Below are positions 58,955-64,000 of a stretch of DNA of 64,000 nucleotides, piece by piece. The stretch spans positions 3,573-67,572 of the forward strand of contig CAZBAJ010000001.1 in NCBI GenBank assembly GCA_964490125.1. The letters run 5' to 3'. Below the pieces are notes generated by a model. That model was not told where the DNA came from. It worked only from the letters and a program-made list of their open reading frames with translations, and searched no databases. The DNA comes from an uncultured Candidatus Saccharibacteria bacterium (GTDB taxonomy: Bacteria > Patescibacteriota > WWE3 > UBA101185 > UBA10185). The position numbers and the translations under genes are program-made. Every line of letters starts with the position of its first letter. Positions within the stretch are counted from its first letter, which is position 1.

Positions 58955-59923
58955 GTGATGTTAAACAAAGTCGCTACAATAGAAATCCTGCCAACAATTC
59001 CATTTAATTTTGACGCAACTTTTCACAAACCCGATCACTTTCCCAGCGGAGACAACATCTGTGAGGCGGGCGTCAGGTGGCAAACCTGTTTTTGGCAAAA
59101 TAAACAAGTCGGGCTTAAATTTGTCAACACAGGTACGGCAAAAAAGCCCGTGATACAAGTAGAAGTTTATTACTCCGCCAAACTCTCCCAGCAGTTTTTA
59201 GAGTCGCTCAAGCAGGAACTAAGTTATAGGTTCAATCTGCATTTGGATTTGTCGGACTTTTATGCCAACTTTAAAAACGACCCCGTGTTAAAAGAGCCTA
59301 TTAAAAGGCTTTACGGTATGCGTCCCAGCCACGCGGGATCCCTCTACGAATATTTGGTTATTGGCATTGTGTTGCAAAATACTTTTGTCAGGCGGTCGGT
59401 GCAAATGTTGCAAGCGCTGTTTGAGCATTACGGTAAGTTGCTTGAGTACGACGGCAAGAAGCTGTGGGCGTTTTGGCAACCCGGTAGTTTGGACTCTGTG
59501 ACGGAAGCTGATTTGCGCGCACTTAAATTGGGCTACCGGGCAAAGTCGGTTAAAAAGTTGGACGACGCATTTAGAGCAGGCGTTGTGGATGAGCTTGCCC
59601 TGCGTAGTGCCGATTTGGAAGCCCAAAAGCGCGAGTTGCTTAAGTTGTATGGCGTTGGTCCGGCAACAGTTTGGTATCTGCTGTTTGATGTCTTTCATCA
59701 GTACGACTTTTTTACGCACATTTCGCCTTGGGAGCAAAAGATTTATTCTAAAGTGCTGTTTAACCACGACCCGGAAAATCCTATGGAGGTTGACGAGTTA
59801 ATTAGGTATTTTGACAGGTTCGGGCAGTACCGTCAGCTAGCCGTCCACTATATTTGGGAGGACTTGTGGTGGAAGCGGAAGAACCAAAATGTTCCGTGGC
59901 TGGAAAAACTCATCCGCTTATAA
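58955..59923 (+). CDS. HhH-GPD DNA glycosylase, AlkA-like (3-methyladenine glycosylase II type)
   Basis: N-terminal AlkA-like domain plus helix-hairpin-helix LKLYGVGPATVWYLLF. Confidence 0.7.
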   Translation: MMLNKVATIEILPTIPFNFDATFHKPDHFPSGDNICEAGVRWQTCFWQNKQVGLKFVNTGTAKKPVIQVEVYYSAKLSQQFLESLKQELSYRFNLHLDLSDFYANFKNDPVLKEPIKRLYGMRPSHAGSLYEYLVIGIVLQNTFVRRSVQMLQALFEHYGKLLEYDGKKLWAFWQPGSLDSVTEADLRALKLGYRAKSVKKLDDAFRAGVVDELALRSADLEAQKRELLKLYGVGPATVWYLLFDVFHQYDFFTHISPWEQKIYSKVLFNHDPENPMEVDELIRYFDRFGQYRQLAVHYIWEDLWWKRKNQNVPWLEKLIRL

Positions 59924-59976
59924 AAGTCACACAAAAACAACTAAACCCCCGTAAATTAGAGTTCTAGCCTTATTTC

Positions 59977-59992
59977 TGGTACATTACCCCTA
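59977..59992 (+). promoter_or_regulatory. extended -10 TGgTACATT 6 nt upstream of prfB ATG (leaderless candidate)
   Basis: TG 59977-78, TACATT 59980-85, ATG 59992. Confidence 0.4.
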
Positions 59993-60996
59993 TGGAAGAC
60001 TTGCACGAGCGCCTTACAACGCTTAGAAAAAAACTAAATATTGAGGCAAAAAAGGATGAAATCTCCGCGCTAAAAGAAAAGATGCAGGACGACTCGGTTT
60101 GGCAGGACTGGGAAAAAGGTCAAAAACTTTCTAAGGAGCTTTCTGACTTGCAAAAAGAGGTGGAGGATTTTGAGATGCTGGAGCTTGTTGCGCAAGAGGA
60201 AAATCTCGAGGAATTTGAAAAAGCTTTATGGGAATTGGAAAAAAAGACTTATTTAAGTATGCCGTACGACAAAAGCGGGGCAATTCTTTCTATTCACGCG
60301 GGTCAGGGCGGGACGGAGGCCATGGACTGGACGGAAATGTTGTACAGAATGTACACGCGGTTTTGCGACAATAAAAATTGGAAGCATGAAATTTTGGCAA
60401 TGACGCCGGGTGACGAGGCGGGTTATAAATCGGTAAGTATAGAAATTGACGGTAAATATGTGTACGGGTTTTTAAAAAACGAGTCGGGGGTGCATCGGCT
60501 GGTACGACAGTCGCCCTTTAATGCCAATGACCTGCGTCAAACCTCTTTTGCTCTAGTAGAGGTAATTCCGTTGGTAGACGATTCAATTGCGGATATAGAA
60601 ATTAAGGAGGACGATTTGGAGTGGGATTTTTTTAGAGCAGGCGGACACGGTGGCCAAAATGTTAACAAAGTTTCCACGGCTGTGCGACTTAAACACAAAC
60701 CAACGGGCATTATTATAGAAAACCAAACGGAGCGTTATCAGGGGAAAAATCGGGAAAAGGCGTTGCAGGTATTAAAGTCTAAATTGTACGCACTGCAGTT
60801 GGAGGAAGCTAAAAAGGAAGAAAGAAAAATGAAGGGGGATTATAAAGTACCGGGTTGGGGCAATCAAATCCGTAATTATATTTTACATCCTTACAAGCTA
60901 GTTAAGGATTTACGGACAGATTTAGAATCAACGAATCCGGAGAAAGTTTTGGACGGGGAATTGGATGAGTTTATAGATGCAGAGTTGAAGCTTTAG
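59992..60996 (+). CDS. prfB: peptide chain release factor 2, single uninterrupted ORF
   Basis: SPF tripeptide (QSPFNAND), GGQ motif ([18 protein letters not shown]). Confidence 0.9.
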   Translation: MEDLHERLTTLRKKLNIEAKKDEISALKEKMQDDSVWQDWEKGQKLSKELSDLQKEVEDFEMLELVAQEENLEEFEKALWELEKKTYLSMPYDKSGAILSIHAGQGGTEAMDWTEMLYRMYTRFCDNKNWKHEILAMTPGDEAGYKSVSIEIDGKYVYGFLKNESGVHRLVRQSPFNANDLRQTSFALVEVIPLVDDSIADIEIKEDDLEWDFFRAGGHGGQNVNKVSTAVRLKHKPTGIIIENQTERYQGKNREKALQVLKSKLYALQLEEAKKEERKMKGDYKVPGWGNQIRNYILHPYKLVKDLRTDLESTNPEKVLDGELDEFIDAELKL

Positions 60997-61036
60997 GAAT
61001 TTTTCCAAAAACTATAGACAAATTTTGTACTCAATA

Positions 61037-61050
61037 TATAATAGTCGATA
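61037..61050 (+). promoter_or_regulatory. TATAAT 7 nt upstream of DUF3048 gene ATG (leaderless candidate)
   Basis: TATAAT 61037-61042, ATG 61050. Confidence 0.4.
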
Positions 61051-62309
61051 TGGAGAAGGTAGAAATTAATCCCACTGATCAGGAAAGCGCTCAAATAATA
61101 AATCAGGACGCGGTTCCGGCGCCACATTTTGTCAACCCGCAAGAATTGCAACCGGGAGGCTCGTTTAGCAAAAAGTATATTATTGCCGGTCTTGTGGTGG
61201 GATTGGTGCTGGTTGGGGCATTTTTTGCGCTGTCCTACTTTAAAAATTCAAACTTGTGGGTAAACAGGTCTTCCGTGTTTAAAAATGTGGGCGACGGGGG
61301 AGCCAAGCCCAAAGAAATCGTCAAACCAATTATGAATCCGTTGACCGGCGTAATGTACACAGAAGAAGATTCCGCAAGCTGGAAGGATGTGCGACCTTTA
61401 GGTGTAATGATTAACAATCATCCGGATGCCCGTCCGCAAGCAGGTTTGGTGGACGCGGAATTTACCTATGAAATTGTAGCGGAGGGCGGAATTACCCGCT
61501 TTTTGGCGTTTTACCAGTCGGTTTTGCCGGAAAAAGTTGGACCAATTAGAAGCGCGCGGGAATATTATTTAGTAATGGCAAAAGAAATGGGTGACGCTAT
61601 GTACATGCACCACGGTTTTTCCCCGCAGGCGTTAATTGACATTGATAGCTGGCCGGTACGAAGTTTGCAGAGGGGAAACGCCCCCACTTGGCGGGAAAAT
61701 CCGCGAAATGTGGCGGTAGAACACACTCTCTACGCTAACGCTAAAGAGCTGGTAAAAACCGGTCTAGATTTGGGTTGGACGGGTAAGGCAGAGGATTTTT
61801 ACACCTGGCAGTTTAAGGACGATACGGGTACTTACGGCTCCATGCCGGAAGCAGATAAAATTTCGTACGACTTTTGGTACCAGGGCGACTTTTCTGCCAT
61901 GTGGCAGTATGACAAATCGTCCAACAGCTATTTAAGGTTTATGGGTTTTGACGACGGCGGTAAGGAAATACCCCACAAAGATGAAACAACCGGAAAGCAG
62001 ATTTCCGTATCCAATTTAATAGTCCAATTTGCTACGGAAACTAAGATTGCGGGTGACGAAAAGAATCGGTTGGACTACACTTTAATAGGAAGCGGTAAGG
62101 GTTATGTCTTTTTAGATGGTCGTGCAATTGAAGTTACTTGGAGTAAAGCCGGTAGAGACGCCCGCACCAAATATTATGATACAAACGGCGCGGAAGTTAA
62201 GTTTAATCGTGGCAAGTTTTGGGTAGCAATAATTCCAGATCGAAGTCCAGAAAATTTAAAGTTTAGTTCGTCTACGGCGTCGCCAAGTGCTACGCCTACT
62301 GCCCAGTAA
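61050..62309 (+). CDS. DUF3048-family membrane-anchored protein (YerB-like)
   Basis: N-terminal TM helix then RPLGVMINNHPDARPQAGL..YEIVAEGGITRFLAFY block typical of DUF3048. Confidence 0.75.
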   Translation: MEKVEINPTDQESAQIINQDAVPAPHFVNPQELQPGGSFSKKYIIAGLVVGLVLVGAFFALSYFKNSNLWVNRSSVFKNVGDGGAKPKEIVKPIMNPLTGVMYTEEDSASWKDVRPLGVMINNHPDARPQAGLVDAEFTYEIVAEGGITRFLAFYQSVLPEKVGPIRSAREYYLVMAKEMGDAMYMHHGFSPQALIDIDSWPVRSLQRGNAPTWRENPRNVAVEHTLYANAKELVKTGLDLGWTGKAEDFYTWQFKDDTGTYGSMPEADKISYDFWYQGDFSAMWQYDKSSNSYLRFMGFDDGGKEIPHKDETTGKQISVSNLIVQFATETKIAGDEKNRLDYTLIGSGKGYVFLDGRAIEVTWSKAGRDARTKYYDTNGAEVKFNRGKFWVAIIPDRSPENLKFSSSTASPSATPTAQ

Positions 62310-62347
62310 TTAATTTGGAGCGCCTTACTGCTCGGGCGAAATAAAAT

Positions 62348-62932
62348 ATGCTAGAAAAACTTCTAGTAAGTGGGGTAAGGTTAAAAATTTTGCGCGCAAT
62401 GCTTACGCGTCCCGGTGAGCAAATCCACATTAGGGGATTGGTGCGCGAGGTAGGGACGGAAATTAACGCGGTTAGGCGCGAACTTAGCAATTTGGAGTCG
62501 GTGGGGCTGTTGGTTAGCCGCAAAAGTGGCAATAGAGTTTATTACACTCTAAATACCCATTGTACATATTATCCGGAGCTTCTAGGTCTTACCGCTAAAG
62601 AATATGGGTTGGGCGCAAACATAATTTCCGGCGTCAAGAATTTGGGCGATATTAAGTTTGCGGTGTTGTCACGCGCGTTTGCTGGAAAGCGTCGCAAATC
62701 TTCATCTTTAGATGTCGACCTGTTTGTGGTAGGAAAAGTTAATGTAGACGCTTTGGAGGACATGGTTAAGAAGGAGCAGGAACTGCGCGGTTACGAGATA
62801 AATTACGCGGTTATGGGTGAGGACGAATTTAATTACGCCAAACGCAAGAACGATCAGTTTGTGATTAGAGCGCTGTTGCAAAGCCGAATCATGTTAATCG
62901 GCGACGAGGAAACTTTCTGCTCACTTTCTTAA
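62348..62932 (+). CDS. winged-helix (ArsR-like) transcriptional regulator with C-terminal nucleotidyltransferase-like domain
   Basis: N-terminal wHTH (LKILRAMLTRPGEQIHIRGLVREVG); C-terminal SSLDVDLFVVGKV resembles minimal NTase motif. Confidence 0.5.
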   Translation: MLEKLLVSGVRLKILRAMLTRPGEQIHIRGLVREVGTEINAVRRELSNLESVGLLVSRKSGNRVYYTLNTHCTYYPELLGLTAKEYGLGANIISGVKNLGDIKFAVLSRAFAGKRRKSSSLDVDLFVVGKVNVDALEDMVKKEQELRGYEINYAVMGEDEFNYAKRKNDQFVIRALLQSRIMLIGDEETFCSLS

Positions 62933-62970
62933 CTTAATAGTACTGCCGGGTGTGGGAATGTGTTAAAATT

Positions 62971-63006
62971 TTGGTCGACTTGATTGGTTTGATTGGTTTG
63001 ACTGGT
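62971..63006 (+). repeat. tandem 9-mer (TTGATTGGT x about 4, slightly degenerate) upstream of secD
   Basis: TTGGTCGAC TTGATTGGT TTGATTGGT TTGACTGGT. Confidence 0.6.
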
Positions 63007-63024
63007 GCATTTTGTCAAATTGCT

Positions 63025-64000
63025 ATGAAAAAGGACTTCTTTAAACTTGGCGCAATAGTAGGACTTTTTGTTTTGGCGACTTTGATTTCCTTGCCGGTCG
63101 TGCCGGTTAAAATTCCCCAGCTTGGTATTGATACCACTGTTGGCGGTTATTATGTCCGACTTTTTGGTGACAAATTTACTTTGGACTTGCGGGACATTAA
63201 GCGCGGTTTGGATTTGCAAGGCGGGGTTAAATTGGTTTTGCGTGCTGACATGTCAAAACTGGCGGAAGCGGATAAAGCCAAAGCTCTAGAGTCTTCAAGG
63301 GAAATTATATCAAGACGGGTTGACTTTTTAGGCGTAGCCGAACCTCATATTAATACCGTACGGGCGGGCGAGGATTACAGAATAGAAGTTGAGATTCCGG
63401 GCATTGCTGATATTAAAACCGCAGTAGAGGCAATAGGTCAAACCGCGCAGTTGAGGTTTAAGATTTTGCCTAAAGACTTGGAGTGGAATCAGGATAAGTT
63501 TTTGGACTACTTTCAGAAGCCGGAATTATGGCAGGACACAGGTATCACGGGCGCGGATCTTCAGGGTGCGGAGGTAGTGTTTCCTCAAGGTACGGCTTTA
63601 AAAGACAAAACTACGCCACAAATTGAATTAAGATTTTCTCCGGAAGGTCGTAAAAAGTTTAGTGACTTAGCAAAGGAGAATGTAGAAAGACCTGTTGCGC
63701 TGTTCCTGGATGAAAGTCAGTTTCCCATCTCTATGCCAGTTATTAGCAAGGATTTGGCAAACGGACTAACTGGTGACCCTGTAATAAACGGTACTTTTGA
63801 CATGGCAAGCGCGCGGGCGTTAAGTTTGCAAATTCGTGCGGGGGCATTGCCTGTGCCTATTGAGGTTTTGGAGCAAAAAAATATTGACGCAACTTTGGGT
63901 GCAGAATCAGTGCAAAAAAGTCTTAAGGCAGGAGCAATAGGGCTTGGTGTTGTAATGATTTTTATGATTATTTTGTATGGTGAGCTGGGCCTGATAGCGG
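63025..64000 (+). CDS. secD: protein translocase subunit SecD (3' end beyond window)
   Basis: MKKDFFKLGAIVGLFVLATL TM, GLDLQGGVKLVL SecD signature, C-terminal TM start GLGVVMIFMIILYG; open frame to window end, not in ORF track. Confidence 0.85.
   Translation, partial: MKKDFFKLGAIVGLFVLATLISLPVVPVKIPQLGIDTTVGGYYVRLFGDKFTLDLRDIKRGLDLQGGVKLVLRADMSKLAEADKAKALESSREIISRRVDFLGVAEPHINTVRAGEDYRIEVEIPGIADIKTAVEAIGQTAQLRFKILPKDLEWNQDKFLDYFQKPELWQDTGITGADLQGAEVVFPQGTALKDKTTPQIELRFSPEGRKKFSDLAKENVERPVALFLDESQFPISMPVISKDLANGLTGDPVINGTFDMASARALSLQIRAGALPVPIEVLEQKNIDATLGAESVQKSLKAGAIGLGVVMIFMIILYGELGLIA

Noticed and set aside
62929-63219. 96-aa minus-strand ORF
   Set aside because: Antisense to the secD N-terminus and its promoter region; secD reading frame is clearly supported.
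1-64000. CRISPR arrays, rRNA genes, IS transposase genes
   Set aside because: No spaced direct-repeat arrays, no rRNA-like conserved stretches, and no transposase or integrase ORFs seen. The only mobile-element-like signature is the direct repeat pair around the helicase.

Overview
The window is about 64 kb of a compact bacterial chromosome on one dominant coding strand, GC roughly mid-40s by eye. Its core is the ribosomal and transcription superoperon. Gene order runs rpsO-pnp, a Lon-like ATPase, a family-4 UDG, RNase J and ftsK, then lepB-rpoB-rpoC-rpsL-rpsG-fusA-tuf and the S10/spc/alpha clusters (rpsJ through rplO, secY, adk, map, infA, rpmJ, rpsM-rpsK-rpsD-rpoA-rplQ, rplM-rpsI). This backbone looks like a reduced-genome lineage, possibly a Patescibacteria/CPR-type organism, which cannot be confirmed without searches. 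There is no rpmD (L30) between rpsE and rplO, no rpmC (L29) between rplP and rpsQ, several r-proteins carry Lys-rich extensions, and many genes appear to use leaderless promoters with a TATAAT-like box 6-7 nt before the ATG. Three AT-richer accessory insertions (by eye) interrupt this normally conserved operon. (1) A two-methyltransferase restriction-modification-like cassette sits between secY/ybaB and adk. (2) A solitary MazF/PemK-like toxin gene sits between adk and map. (3) A HelD-like SF1 helicase gene sits after rpsI, bracketed by 58-bp direct repeats that duplicate the rpsI 3' end with only synonymous differences. Downstream lies an accessory region with an XRE regulator, a TasA/camelysin-like secreted protein with a SipW-type signal peptidase, a membrane-anchored double-AAA+ Clp-like ATPase and a transglutaminase-like protein; this may be a surface-fibre system. 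After that comes a dense DNA-damage or genotoxin defence island. It holds a MerR/GyrI-like regulator divergent from a class-II UvrA paralog with a 19-bp-spacer promoter, a SplB-like radical SAM protein, a NYN protein, a Dda/RecD-like helicase, a ClbS-like protein, a wHTH-NUDIX protein, a VOC/bleomycin-resistance-like protein and an AlkA-like glycosylase. The window ends with prfB, a DUF3048 protein, a wHTH regulator and the start of secD. All functional calls rest on motif recognition by eye; no database searches were run.
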